From a virus, in IMG/VR virus record IMGVR_UViG_3300025655_000033, positions 3,202 to 67,201 of that record: 64,000 nt of DNA; one strand, written 5' to 3'. Position numbers and translations under genes: made by a program. Positions 35,204 through 46,180 of the stretch are shown in pieces. How positions within the stretch are numbered: the stretch's first letter is position 1; each line of letters starts with the position of its first letter. Below the pieces are notes generated by a model that was not told the DNA's origin, made no database searches, and saw only the letters and a program-made list of their open reading frames with translations.

Positions 35204-37912
35204 ATGGCAATAGTATATAGTTATCAGGAAGAAACACAACCAGCGTTTGGTGACCTATTATTAGGTACAGATGTTAGTGCATCGGGAAAACCGACAAAAT
35301 CGTTTTCAATACAGAGCATTGTAGACTTAGTGCAAACAGGTGTGCCGGGTGGAGGTACTGTTACTAGTATTGCGACGAATGCTACTAACTATATTACTAT
35401 GTCAGGTGGACCTATTACAACAACAGGTACGCTTACTGCTTCTCTTTCTGCTACAGGTGTTCCATCAACAACTACTTTTCTTCGTGGTGATAACGTATGG
35501 GCTACACCAGTAACTAGTTTAAACACTACTTACACTGTTGATGCTGCACAAGTTGGTGTTAACAGTAACATTAGACTAAACGGTAGTGATTCCACGCAGT
35601 CTATTATATCTTTAATTGCAGGGCCTAATATTCAATTGACTAACAATGGTTCTAGTAATATTACAATTGGGGTTACCGGACTACCTGAAGGTACAGTGAC
35701 AAGTGTTACTGCTGATGGTGGATTATATATATCTGCTGGGGTTGCTACAGTGAACCCAACACTATCAGTTGACTTGACTGGATTGAATAACTATATCAAT
35801 TACGGTAAAAGTCAAACTACTGCAATAAGTGAGGACTTTATAGCTTTTAACCAATCATCTACTACTAATGTAAAGACTACAACGCTTGGCGCTATTACGC
35901 CTTCTGCGTTATCGCTGGTTAAAAATTACATTGATGCAGGAGATGTTGGAGATGTTAGAAACAACACTGACACTTACACCGATGTTGCTAATGTAGACCA
36001 AATTGTTAGTTTAAGTGACGCTGAATACGCAGCGCTTGCTAATAAGAATGCAAACACGCTTTACGTTGTAGTTACACCAGCTGTAGAATATACTACTACG
36101 TTGGCATTTACAAATAACATATCTGGTACAGAGTATACGATTACTGGTGATCAAGCTGGCGCTACCAGAACAGGTATTGCTGGGGCATCGTACGGTTACA
36201 ATTCTAATGTTGTACCAAATAGTGGATTTTACTTTTCATCAGGGCCATCGATTACAAACGCTGTTGGATTGTTTAGTGCAAATGAAACAGTTTACACTAT
36301 ATTATCAGGTACAGTATCAGCTGTAGCGCAACCTACTATTACAGCAACTCTTGCGGTATCAACTGCTGGTGTTCAAGGAACACAATTTACTTTAGGCGGT
36401 GATTTAGCTGGTTCAACACAATCAGGAACATCACCTCTTAATTACGCATTTAATACTACAATAACACCAACGTCTGGATATGTATTTACATCAGGACCTA
36501 CTATAACAAATGCAACTGGAACTATTAGCGGTTCACAAACAGTTGTTACTACAATATCAGGTGTTATAGAACAAGCTTCTCAAAATACAGTTACTGTTAC
36601 AGCACAGGTAAATGAAAGTTTTACTGGTAGTGCTGCTGCTCAGGCATATGCTACTGTATCTCCTGGATCATTCTCTGGAAACGATTCGGTTTCATATAAC
36701 TTTGATGTTAACGCATTTACAAATAGCGGTTACTACTTTGCTAGTGGACCTACAATTACAGGCGATATATCTGGAACATCGTCTTCTACAAGAAACGCTG
36801 TTATAAATGTTTCAGGTCAAGTAGAGCAATTGCAAAACGAAGCTATTGTAAATCTTCTTGTACAAAACACAATAGATGGACCAACAGCTGGTTATACGAT
36901 CACAGGTGATCAAACTGGAGCACAAAAAATTGGAACAGTGCCATTTAGTTACGCGTTTAGCACGGGTGTATCTTTAAATGAAGGTTACGAATGGGTTTCT
37001 GGTGTAGCGCCAACTATTCAAAATGCAACTGGTGTTACAAGTACAATAGGTGAGCAAACGGAAATTACAACAATATCAGGAGCTCAAGTGGTAGAATCTG
37101 TTTCTAATACAACTGCTACTCTTAGTATAACATATAATATAACAGATCCTTACGATGTTTGGTTCCCTGTTGGATACTTGGATGGAGCTAGTAAATCAGG
37201 ATTACCAGGTGCTTCTTACTCTTTTGCTGATCAAACACCTAGCATATCTATACCTAGTGGCTATGGTTACTCTGTTCCACCAAACACTGTTGGAGATTTA
37301 ACAGGTACTTTTGACGCTACAAATAAAATTATACCAGTTACTGTCACTGCTACGGTTATAGAAATAGCACAGACCGGTACGGTTAATTTAGCTTTTGATA
37401 ATAACATACAGTTTAACGGAGGCGCTGATGGTTCTGGCGTACCTTATGTAACAACAAGTTTAAATCCGCCTGTAGCTTCGTTTAGCGGCAATGTAGGTGA
37501 TCCATATTCTTGGACACATAGTGTTACTGCAAATGAAGGGTTTGCAATAGAAACAGAAACATGGATACCTAACGCTACAATATCTGGAACTATTCAAGCA
37601 GGAAACTATTATGTAAATCAAGAACTAAGAGGTAATGTTATATCATCGCTTGGTCAGTTCTTAGGTAGTACACAAACAGGCACGTTTAATCAAGCATGTA
37701 GTTTATTTGTAAATCAAAACTATTATCATAATGGATCTGGTGAACTGCCAGCTGAATTTGATAGAGTTTATTCAGATGCTGCAGGAACACAAGCTTTACC
37801 GGCTGGTTATTATGGTATGGCAACAAATAATGGAAGTTACTACGGATGGTTTAGAATAGTATCATCTTCTACTGGTGAGGTTACATTAACAGGCGAATGT
37901 GGTGGATTTTAA
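35204..37912 (+). CDS. Tail fibre/spike protein with repeated beta-sandwich domains
   Basis: 902 aa Thr/Gly/Ser-rich; 'TTFLRGDN.W'; repeated 'GY.F.SGP.I.NA.G' units. Confidence 0.7.
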   Translation: MAIVYSYQEETQPAFGDLLLGTDVSASGKPTKSFSIQSIVDLVQTGVPGGGTVTSIATNATNYITMSGGPITTTGTLTASLSATGVPSTTTFLRGDNVWATPVTSLNTTYTVDAAQVGVNSNIRLNGSDSTQSIISLIAGPNIQLTNNGSSNITIGVTGLPEGTVTSVTADGGLYISAGVATVNPTLSVDLTGLNNYINYGKSQTTAISEDFIAFNQSSTTNVKTTTLGAITPSALSLVKNYIDAGDVGDVRNNTDTYTDVANVDQIVSLSDAEYAALANKNANTLYVVVTPAVEYTTTLAFTNNISGTEYTITGDQAGATRTGIAGASYGYNSNVVPNSGFYFSSGPSITNAVGLFSANETVYTILSGTVSAVAQPTITATLAVSTAGVQGTQFTLGGDLAGSTQSGTSPLNYAFNTTITPTSGYVFTSGPTITNATGTISGSQTVVTTISGVIEQASQNTVTVTAQVNESFTGSAAAQAYATVSPGSFSGNDSVSYNFDVNAFTNSGYYFASGPTITGDISGTSSSTRNAVINVSGQVEQLQNEAIVNLLVQNTIDGPTAGYTITGDQTGAQKIGTVPFSYAFSTGVSLNEGYEWVSGVAPTIQNATGVTSTIGEQTEITTISGAQVVESVSNTTATLSITYNITDPYDVWFPVGYLDGASKSGLPGASYSFADQTPSISIPSGYGYSVPPNTVGDLTGTFDATNKIIPVTVTATVIEIAQTGTVNLAFDNNIQFNGGADGSGVPYVTTSLNPPVASFSGNVGDPYSWTHSVTANEGFAIETETWIPNATISGTIQAGNYYVNQELRGNVISSLGQFLGSTQTGTFNQACSLFVNQNYYHNGSGELPAEFDRVYSDAAGTQALPAGYYGMATNNGSYYGWFRIVSSSTGEVTLTGECGGF

Positions 37913-37943
37913 TAAAAAATAAAAAACTAACTAAAAACATAAA

Positions 37944-40526
37944 ATGGCAATAATATATAGTTATCCACAGGTAAAACCTAAAGCCTCAGACTTACTGATA
38001 GGTACAGTTACTTACGATAGTACAGGAACTAATCCTGTAGAGGGTAATCCAACTAGAACATTTAGTGTACAAGACGTAGCTAATTTAGTTGCGTCATATG
38101 AATTATCTACGACACAGAACGGTACTAACGCTACTTTAAGATTAACTAATGATATAGGGGATTTAAGTGTAGTAAATTTAGTTAAAGGTAATGGTATAAC
38201 ATTAACCAGTAATGGTTCAAACGCGATAACTATAGCAAACTCTGGTTTAGTAAGTGTCAATGCTACCGACACTAATTATATAGATACAAATGCTTCAGTA
38301 GTATCTGGTGTATTAAATATATCTTCAAGTTTATCAGCTACAGGATCCGCTACATCATCTAGTTATTTAAGGGGTGATAACAAGTGGTCTGTGCCTGTTA
38401 ATAGTATTACCGCAGCTAGTTCTACATTTATAAATGTTGGCCCTACAGTTGCTTCTAATGGCAATGTTATTATTACGGCCGCTCTTTCAGCAACTGGAGC
38501 ACCTAGTTCTTCAAGCTTTTTGAGAGGAGATAATACATGGGCTGTACCTGCTGGTGGTGGAACTATTACTTCTGTAAATGCTGGAACAGGAATTGCGGTT
38601 GATAATTCAAACCCTGCTGATCCTATAATCAGTAACACAGGAGTTATTAAAATAATAGGCGGGACAGATATATCGGTTACACCTGTTGATGGAACGGGAA
38701 CTGTTACTATAAATTCTACATCACAGGGTGGTGTTACAGATATTATAGCTGGTAATAATATTTCTATATCTCCAGTTTCAGGTTTAGGTAGTGTAACTAT
38801 TAATGCTTTAGACACTATATACACTGCTGGTAATGGTATAGGTATAAATAATGACATAATATCTAACACTCTTCCAGATCAAGTTGTTTCATTATTAGGC
38901 ACAGGTGCTGTTAACGTTACTGGATCATATCCTGACTTTACTATTGATGTTACACCAGGAGAAAACGGTGTAATGACTAAAGATTCTTTTATTAGTAATG
39001 GAATACAGGTAGATTATGTTTTATCTCAAATACCAGTCTCTTCTACTTATATAGAAGTATTTATAAGTGGTGTATATCAAGAAGATTCTACTTATACGTT
39101 AAGCGGAAATACAGTAACTTTGTCTACTGCAGCAGATGCGGGAGATACTATAGAAATAGTTACATTTAATTTAGGTGCCGCTAATGGTGGTGGCGGAGGC
39201 AGTGGTGTTGATTCACTTTCTGCTGGCACTGGTATTTCTTTAACTGGTAATACAGGAGATATAACAGTAACAAATACATTTCCAGATAAAACAGTGGTAT
39301 TAAATGCTAGTGGTGCAACTACAGTTACAGGTACATATCCTGTATTTAATATATCTTCTGTAGACACTACATATACGGCTGGTACTGATATTAGTGTAGT
39401 TGGGACTATTATATCAAACACTGCCCCTGATCAAACCGTTACATTAACTGAAGGAACGGGTATAACTACAAGTGGCACATATCCCAACTTTACAATAGCA
39501 AACTCTTTGCCGGATCAAACGGTAACATTAACTGGAAGCGGTTCTACAGTAATATCTGGCACTTATCCAAGCTTCAATGTAGATTCTACAAACACAACAT
39601 ATACTGCGGGATCTGGTCTTTCTTTAGTTGGAACAGAATTCTCAAATACAGCACCTGATCAAACGGTGGTTATAACTGGTAGTAATGCCTCCACGGTAAC
39701 TGGGACATACCCTAATTTTAATGTTAGTTCTCCTAGTATATCTGCCGGTACATCTATAAGCTTAGATGTTACAAATCCAAATGATATAGTAATAAACAAC
39801 ACCGCTCCAGATCAAGTTGTTTCATTAACAGCTTCTACTGGAATACAAATAACAGGTACATATCCTAGTTTTACTATAACAAACACATCGGATCCAGCAA
39901 TAGTTGATTCTGTAAATGGGCAGATAGGCGTTGTTGTTTTAGATTCAGATAATATTTCAGAAGGGGTTACAAATTTATATGATAAGACAGTTGCAATAAC
40001 AGGTGGCGGTGCAACCACTGTTACTGGTACATATCCTAACTTTAGTATCACATCAACTGATACCAACACGCAGTATACTGCTGGATCTGGTTTATTGTTA
40101 GTTGGACAGCAATTTTCAAATACTGCACCAGATCAATTAGTTACTATAACAGGAGGTGGTGGAACAACCGTAACAGGATCATACCCAAACTTTACAGTAT
40201 CATCATCAACTAGTGGTGCTGGTCTTGATTCTGTTGTTGCTGGTACTTCTATAAGTATTGATAATACAGACCCTGCAAATCCAATAATTACAAATACTGC
40301 TCCAGATCAAACGGTTGTTTTAACCGGCTCCGGTGCCGCAACTGTTACAGGCACTTATCCAAGTTTCAACGTAGCTACACCAGTTGTTAATACAGCTGAC
40401 TTTATAACAAACGCAAATGATGTTTACCCTAGTGTAAATAAAGTTACTGATATTATATCTTTAACACAAGCAGAATATGATGCGCTTACCCCAGACGAAA
40501 GTGCAATTTACATAATAGTAGGATAA
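37944..40526 (+). CDS. Tail fibre protein with NTxPDQTV...TGTYPxF repeats
   Basis: 860 aa; N-terminus paralogous to 35204; C-terminal LTQAEYDAL motif. Confidence 0.7.
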   Translation: MAIIYSYPQVKPKASDLLIGTVTYDSTGTNPVEGNPTRTFSVQDVANLVASYELSTTQNGTNATLRLTNDIGDLSVVNLVKGNGITLTSNGSNAITIANSGLVSVNATDTNYIDTNASVVSGVLNISSSLSATGSATSSSYLRGDNKWSVPVNSITAASSTFINVGPTVASNGNVIITAALSATGAPSSSSFLRGDNTWAVPAGGGTITSVNAGTGIAVDNSNPADPIISNTGVIKIIGGTDISVTPVDGTGTVTINSTSQGGVTDIIAGNNISISPVSGLGSVTINALDTIYTAGNGIGINNDIISNTLPDQVVSLLGTGAVNVTGSYPDFTIDVTPGENGVMTKDSFISNGIQVDYVLSQIPVSSTYIEVFISGVYQEDSTYTLSGNTVTLSTAADAGDTIEIVTFNLGAANGGGGGSGVDSLSAGTGISLTGNTGDITVTNTFPDKTVVLNASGATTVTGTYPVFNISSVDTTYTAGTDISVVGTIISNTAPDQTVTLTEGTGITTSGTYPNFTIANSLPDQTVTLTGSGSTVISGTYPSFNVDSTNTTYTAGSGLSLVGTEFSNTAPDQTVVITGSNASTVTGTYPNFNVSSPSISAGTSISLDVTNPNDIVINNTAPDQVVSLTASTGIQITGTYPSFTITNTSDPAIVDSVNGQIGVVVLDSDNISEGVTNLYDKTVAITGGGATTVTGTYPNFSITSTDTNTQYTAGSGLLLVGQQFSNTAPDQLVTITGGGGTTVTGSYPNFTVSSSTSGAGLDSVVAGTSISIDNTDPANPIITNTAPDQTVVLTGSGAATVTGTYPSFNVATPVVNTADFITNANDVYPSVNKVTDIISLTQAEYDALTPDESAIYIIVG

Positions 40527-40780
40527 TGAATTTTAAACAAGGATCAAACTCATTTGCTTTTGGAAAAATAAAATTAGGATCTACTAGTATAAATAAAATA
40601 TACTTTGGAAGCAATTTTGTTTGGCCAGAAGCTGCTCCAATACAATCGGAATGTTATGTAGAATGCGATGCCGTGGCAACGCTTCCAATTCCTGGCGAAT
40701 GTTATGTAGAATGTGATGCGGTAGCTACTCTTCCAATACCAGGAGAATGTTATGTAGAATGTGATGCTATAGTTAATTAA
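40526..40780 (+). CDS. Small protein with ECYVECDA tandem repeats
   Basis: 84 aa; 48-bp unit; TAATG-coupled to the upstream fibre gene. Confidence 0.65.
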   Translation: MNFKQGSNSFAFGKIKLGSTSINKIYFGSNFVWPEAAPIQSECYVECDAVATLPIPGECYVECDAVATLPIPGECYVECDAIVN

Positions 40781-40803
40781 TAAATAAAAAAATAAAATAA
40801 ATA

Positions 40804-41994
40804 ATGACAATAAATGTAACTTTAAAAGCTTCTGGAATAGACTCAGGCCCTTTTTCAATTTATCAAGATTCTGATAATTTTGCTACAGCTCTTGCAACTG
40901 GTGTCACTACTAATTTATTAACAATAGGATTTGAAGTGGATGCAAATATAAATACAAAATTTGTAAAAGTTTTTAGCGAATCAAGCTGCAACGCTGTAGC
41001 GATGGTAAGCGCTAAATTTGCCGATACAACTCCTTCGGTTGTTTCTTCAACTGTTGCTACTATTCCAAATGGCAACATAGCTAAATACGTTACAACAGCA
41101 ACGGATAATAAAGATGGAATTATTGTTTCAGACGGCGGAAATACATTTATTTCTGTAGATACTGGCGATACTTTTGTTAATAATGCAGAGATGACTAGCG
41201 TAGATGCTAGATGTGTTACTTATGATTCTGTTTCTAGTAAATTTTTTGTTATAGGATCTATAAATAATGAATGGTGGGAAGTAACCATATCAGGAGCGAC
41301 AGTTACTGTTACTCCGCAGACAGCATCTTTACCTGGGTCGCAAAGAGGTTCAGCATTTTTTCACAATGGAGTTCTTTATATAAAAGATTTATTGGGTGTA
41401 TATAGATCTGAAGATTTAATTACTTTTGTAAAAGTTGCAAATTTTGATTTTACACCTACAAGTTCACAATATACGCAGGCAAAATCTTTTGCTGGTTACG
41501 CAAAAACAGTTTTTTGTGCTGATAATAGAAATGGTTTATATAGATCTACAGATAATGGTTTGAATTGGAGTAAATTAACAATTCGTCCAAATCCAATTGA
41601 AGTTCAAATAGATCAAGACGGCAGGGTTTTTCTTTTAAGTAGTGATCCAGGCTTCGGTACTCAATTGCTTTATTCGGATGATCTTGGTTCAACGTGGTTG
41701 CTTTATGATGGTTCTACTAATTTACAGCAGCCATTTGAAATGAATAAATATGGAAGATTATGGTTTCTTACAAAAAACCCCGGTAACGGCTCTAGATCTT
41801 TAGCATATAAAATTGATGTAGTGAGTTCATCTACGGAAACATTGTTGCCAGACACTAATTTAGCAACGCAGCCAGCTAGCTCATATACTGATTTTTCAAA
41901 ATATTCAATATTTTCTTGTAAGGATAGAACGTTTTTAATGGGTCAAAGCGGTTCAAATACGCTTATAATAAAAAATATAATAGCATATACCTAA
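40804..41994 (+). CDS. Asp-box (BNR) beta-propeller protein, putative receptor-binding
   Basis: 'SVDTGDTF','STDNGLNW','SDDLGSTW'. Confidence 0.65.
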   Translation: MTINVTLKASGIDSGPFSIYQDSDNFATALATGVTTNLLTIGFEVDANINTKFVKVFSESSCNAVAMVSAKFADTTPSVVSSTVATIPNGNIAKYVTTATDNKDGIIVSDGGNTFISVDTGDTFVNNAEMTSVDARCVTYDSVSSKFFVIGSINNEWWEVTISGATVTVTPQTASLPGSQRGSAFFHNGVLYIKDLLGVYRSEDLITFVKVANFDFTPTSSQYTQAKSFAGYAKTVFCADNRNGLYRSTDNGLNWSKLTIRPNPIEVQIDQDGRVFLLSSDPGFGTQLLYSDDLGSTWLLYDGSTNLQQPFEMNKYGRLWFLTKNPGNGSRSLAYKIDVVSSSTETLLPDTNLATQPASSYTDFSKYSIFSCKDRTFLMGQSGSNTLIIKNIIAYT

Positions 41995-42045
41995 TTAAAA
42001 ACCCATTAAACCAAGTAATAATAATATATAACTAACAAAAAATAA

Positions 42046-45000
42046 ATGGCTACAACTAAAGTATCTAAAGGACTTATAAAAGACGGTGCCGTAACTATAG
42101 AAAAGTTAAACAGCGCACTAGTAGTTACAGAGGCTGAAGGTATAGTAAATAACGATAACGATATTACGGTTCCTACTTCGGCTGCTGTAAAAAACTATGT
42201 TGATAGTTCAGTTGTTGGTGGATTAATATATCAAGGAGCGTATGATGCTTCTACAAATACGCCAGTTCTTGACAGCAGAGGCACTCAGATAGCTGTTACT
42301 CAAGGTTGGACATATACGGTTACAGTGGACGGAACGTTTTATGGTGAAACGGTTAGAATAGGTGATGTTTTAATTGCCGAAACAGATTTAGCTGCTGGTA
42401 CAGGGGCTTTAACTGATTGGACTACGGTTCAAAGTAATATTGATTTAGCTACAGCTGGTACTGATGCCACAGCTGTAAGAGGTTTAGCTGGTTTTGACGC
42501 GGACAATTTTACTGTTGCCAATGGATTTGTAAACTTAAAAGTAGGTGATATTATACCTTCTAATATTGTGCAGTCTATAGTCGCTGGAAGTGGAATAACA
42601 GTGGACAACACTGATCCTGAAAATCCTATTGTAACAAACACTGCTCCAGACCAAACTGTTGTAATTACGGGAACAGGTGGAGCAACAGTAACAGGTACAT
42701 ATCCTAGTTTTAATATAGATACTACTGATGCTACCGGGGTGGATAGCATAATTGCTGGGACAAGTATAAGTATAGATAATACAGATCCAGCTAATCCTAT
42801 AGTAAATAATACAGACCCTGATCAAACAGTTGTTTTAAATCAAGGTAATAATATAACTATAACAGGTACGTACCCTAGCTTCACTATAGCTGCCGCAGAT
42901 GCACCAGCTCAATTAGTTACTTCCGTTAATACACAGGTTGGAGCAGTTGTATTGGATACTGATGATATAGCTGAAGGTACTACAAACCTTTATGATAAAA
43001 CTGTTGTGATTACGGGTTCTGGAGGTGCTACAATAACTGGAAATTATCCTAATTTTAATATAGACACTACAGATGCTACTGGAGTAGACAGCGTAGTTGC
43101 TGGCACAAATGTTACCGTAGATAATACAGACCCTAAAAATCCTATAGTAAGTGCATCTGGAAATCCAATACCAGTATCTGAAGAAGGTGTGCAGGTTACG
43201 CCAAGCGTTGCTTCATTTAACTTTACTGGCACAGGTGTTACCGCTACAGCTGTTGGAAACGATGTTACTGTAAATGTTGCACAAGCACAATCGGTTAGTA
43301 ACTTAGTTTATGATGTAAGAAACCAAACAGGTACTGAAATACCAGCTGGTTCTGCAGTATATATTGTTGGAGGCTCTGGTGCTAGTGATCACGTAAATGT
43401 TGTTTTAGCATTAGCTGATAACGATGAGCATTCATCTAAGACATTTGGTATAACATCAGTTGCAATACCTGATAATTCAATTGGACCAGTAACACTAGAG
43501 GGTTTAATTGAAGGTATTGATACTGATTTATGGAATAATGGTGATACATTATGGTTATCGCCAACGGTTCCAGGTGGTATTCAAAATACTATACCTCCTA
43601 CTCCAGCCCACGCTGTATTTTTAGGCTATGCTGTTAGAATACAACAAAACAACGGATCTATATTTGTTAAAATACAAAATGGTCCAGAATTAAGCGAATT
43701 ACACGATGTACTTATAACTAACGTACAAAACAACCAAACCATAACTTGGGATACTACTAATAGTTATTGGAAAAATACAAATATAGCTAATTCAGTTACA
43801 GGTGCTAATAGTACTTTTATAAATACTTCTACAGATGTAACAACTGGGGCAGTTACTATAACTTCTTCATTAAATGCCACAGGCACACCAGGATCTACTA
43901 ATTTTTTAAGAGGTGATGACACTTGGTCTACCGCTGTAACAAGCATAACTGCTGGCACAGGTTTAGATGGTGGCACTATAACTACAACTGGAACATTTGA
44001 TTTATCAAATACTGCTGTAACACCTGGCACCTATACAAATGCAAATATAACAGTTGACCAACAAGGTAGGATTACTTTGGCGTCAAATGGTGATCCAGGC
44101 GGCGTAACTTCATTCACAGCTTCTAATGGCACTTTTATAACGCTAACGCCTAATACTACACAATCCGGTGCAGCAACCATTACTGCTGATCTATCGGCTT
44201 CTGGGACTGCAGATTCAACTACGTTCTTACGCGGTGATAACCAATGGGTGACAGTTGCTGGTACAACATATGATTATTCTAGTGCACAATCTGGAAGTGA
44301 TGTAGATTTAAACTTAATACCTTCTACTGGTACAACTGATACAGTTAAGCTAGTTGCTGGTTCTGGAGTTACTATTACTGATGACGGTAGTAACAATGTA
44401 ACTATTGCTGCGTCATCTTCGAGTTCAATTGCTAAAGATGATTTTGTAGGTGATGGTACAACACAAGCTTTTGCACTTTCTGTAACACCATTCTCTACGT
44501 TATTTACAAGTGTTTATATTGCAGGTGTATACCAAGAAAAAGAAACATACTCAATAACTGATAGTACACTTACGTTTACTACGGCTCCTCCTGATACGGC
44601 TTCAATAGAGGTTATGTCGGTAGTTGTTTCAAATATAACTCCTGGTTCAAATACAATTACAAGGAATGATTTTACTGGAACTGGTAGTCAAACAGATTAC
44701 ACGTTATCAGTTGCCCCATCAAGTATTAATTTTGTTGACGTATATGTAAGTGGTGCATATCAAAATAAAGATGGTTTTAGTATTGTAGGTACAACACTAT
44801 CTTTTTCTGAAGCTCCAGCAAGTGGCGACGAAATAGAGGTGATGATTATATCTAACCTTTCTGTGTTAGATCCTGTAACTTCTGTTAATGGTCAAACAGG
44901 AGCTGTAATTATAGATATACCTGTAGATTCAGTAAATGGTCAAACAGGAGCAGTTTCTACTAATTACGATGCTCAAGTTATTTCCGCTAGTACTACTGCT

Positions 45001-45237
45001 GTAAAAAATACAGTTTATGTGCTAACGGCTGATCTAACTTTGGCACTACCTGCATTACCCACAAATGGTGATTCAATTAAAATAAGTAACTTATCGGGTG
45101 TTGCCACTTGTATATTAGGGGCTAATGGTAGTTTAATAATGGGTGTTGCGTCAGATTTAACTTTAGATACGCCTTCTGCATCTTTTGAGTTAATTTACTC
45201 TGGAGCAACAAAAGGTTGGGTAATAATAGGATTATAA
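42046..45237 (+). CDS. Tail fibre protein
   Basis: 1063 aa; shares repeats with 37944; 'VTSVNGQTGAV' and 'F.GDG....F.LS..P' modules. Confidence 0.7.
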   Translation: MATTKVSKGLIKDGAVTIEKLNSALVVTEAEGIVNNDNDITVPTSAAVKNYVDSSVVGGLIYQGAYDASTNTPVLDSRGTQIAVTQGWTYTVTVDGTFYGETVRIGDVLIAETDLAAGTGALTDWTTVQSNIDLATAGTDATAVRGLAGFDADNFTVANGFVNLKVGDIIPSNIVQSIVAGSGITVDNTDPENPIVTNTAPDQTVVITGTGGATVTGTYPSFNIDTTDATGVDSIIAGTSISIDNTDPANPIVNNTDPDQTVVLNQGNNITITGTYPSFTIAAADAPAQLVTSVNTQVGAVVLDTDDIAEGTTNLYDKTVVITGSGGATITGNYPNFNIDTTDATGVDSVVAGTNVTVDNTDPKNPIVSASGNPIPVSEEGVQVTPSVASFNFTGTGVTATAVGNDVTVNVAQAQSVSNLVYDVRNQTGTEIPAGSAVYIVGGSGASDHVNVVLALADNDEHSSKTFGITSVAIPDNSIGPVTLEGLIEGIDTDLWNNGDTLWLSPTVPGGIQNTIPPTPAHAVFLGYAVRIQQNNGSIFVKIQNGPELSELHDVLITNVQNNQTITWDTTNSYWKNTNIANSVTGANSTFINTSTDVTTGAVTITSSLNATGTPGSTNFLRGDDTWSTAVTSITAGTGLDGGTITTTGTFDLSNTAVTPGTYTNANITVDQQGRITLASNGDPGGVTSFTASNGTFITLTPNTTQSGAATITADLSASGTADSTTFLRGDNQWVTVAGTTYDYSSAQSGSDVDLNLIPSTGTTDTVKLVAGSGVTITDDGSNNVTIAASSSSSIAKDDFVGDGTTQAFALSVTPFSTLFTSVYIAGVYQEKETYSITDSTLTFTTAPPDTASIEVMSVVVSNITPGSNTITRNDFTGTGSQTDYTLSVAPSSINFVDVYVSGAYQNKDGFSIVGTTLSFSEAPASGDEIEVMIISNLSVLDPVTSVNGQTGAVIIDIPVDSVNGQTGAVSTNYDAQVISASTTAVKNTVYVLTADLTLALPALPTNGDSIKISNLSGVATCILGANGSLIMGVASDLTLDTPSASFELIYSGATKGWVIIGL

Positions 45238-45251
45238 AATAACAAAAAGAT

Positions 45252-45827
45252 ATGAGTAATTTAACAGATTTTTTTCCATCGGGAGGCGGTGGAGGTTTAA
45301 CTCCTAAGTTTCAAGAGTTTAAAGAAACGGGATTTTTTACGCCATCTCAAGCATTAATTGATGCTGGTGGATATATAGAGGTACTTTTAGTTGGCGGGGG
45401 AGGTAAAAGCTCTAGCCAATACTATGGTGGCTGTGGTGGCGAAGTGTTAATTGAACAAATGTATTTAACTATAGCCCAAAATAATGGGGTTACAGTAGTT
45501 ATTGGGAGCGGGGCAACAGCCGCAGGTAGTGGAGGTAGTAGTGAATTTGCTGCTTCTTTTGGAGCTGGGGGTATTGACTTAATTGCCTCTGGCGGAAGTT
45601 CTAATAGAACTCAAAACAACATAGCAAGCTCAAGCTGGGGGGGCTATGGTGATAACAGCTATGCGGCTGCCGCTGGAAATGGTGTTTTTGGTTACGGAGC
45701 GGGTGGCGGAACTAACGCATTTTCTTTTGCTGGCGTATATGGGGGCAAAAATAATTCTGGCCAAGGGGCAAGTAGTGGAGGCACAACTTCAGGCTCAGGT
45801 TATTGTTTAATTAAATGGTACGAATAA
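45252..45827 (+). CDS. Gly-rich tail fibre tip protein
   Basis: 'EVLLVGGGG', C-terminal 'GSGYCLIKWYE'. Confidence 0.65.
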   Translation: MSNLTDFFPSGGGGGLTPKFQEFKETGFFTPSQALIDAGGYIEVLLVGGGGKSSSQYYGGCGGEVLIEQMYLTIAQNNGVTVVIGSGATAAGSGGSSEFAASFGAGGIDLIASGGSSNRTQNNIASSSWGGYGDNSYAAAAGNGVFGYGAGGGTNAFSFAGVYGGKNNSGQGASSGGTTSGSGYCLIKWYE

Positions 45828-45829
45828 AA

Positions 45830-46177
45830 ATGGAAAACTTAATAGCTATAATAAAAGAAGGTAAAGTAGATAATGTAATAGTAGCCTCAGATGAGTTTGC
45901 TGCAACTTTACAAGAAGAAACAGTTAATGTAACAGGGCAACAAGTTGCAATAGGATTTAGCTATGCTAATGGTATGTTTGCTGCACCTGTAAAAACTTTA
46001 GAAGAAAAAACTGCTGAAGAAAAAGAGTGGAGATATATGGAGCTTAAAGCAAGTGATTTCATTGTTCCATTAACTGATCATCCAAAGCACGCTGCTTATA
46101 TGACATACAGACAAGAGTTAAGAGATTACCCTTCACAATCAGATTTTCCTAATGGTACTAGACCAGTAAAACCTTAA
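45830..46177 (+). CDS. Tail fibre assembly chaperone-like protein
   Basis: 'WR..EL.ASD......YRQELRDYP' motif; start assumed at MENLIA. Confidence 0.65.
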   Translation: MENLIAIIKEGKVDNVIVASDEFAATLQEETVNVTGQQVAIGFSYANGMFAAPVKTLEEKTAEEKEWRYMELKASDFIVPLTDHPKHAAYMTYRQELRDYPSQSDFPNGTRPVKP

Positions 46178-46180
46178 TAT

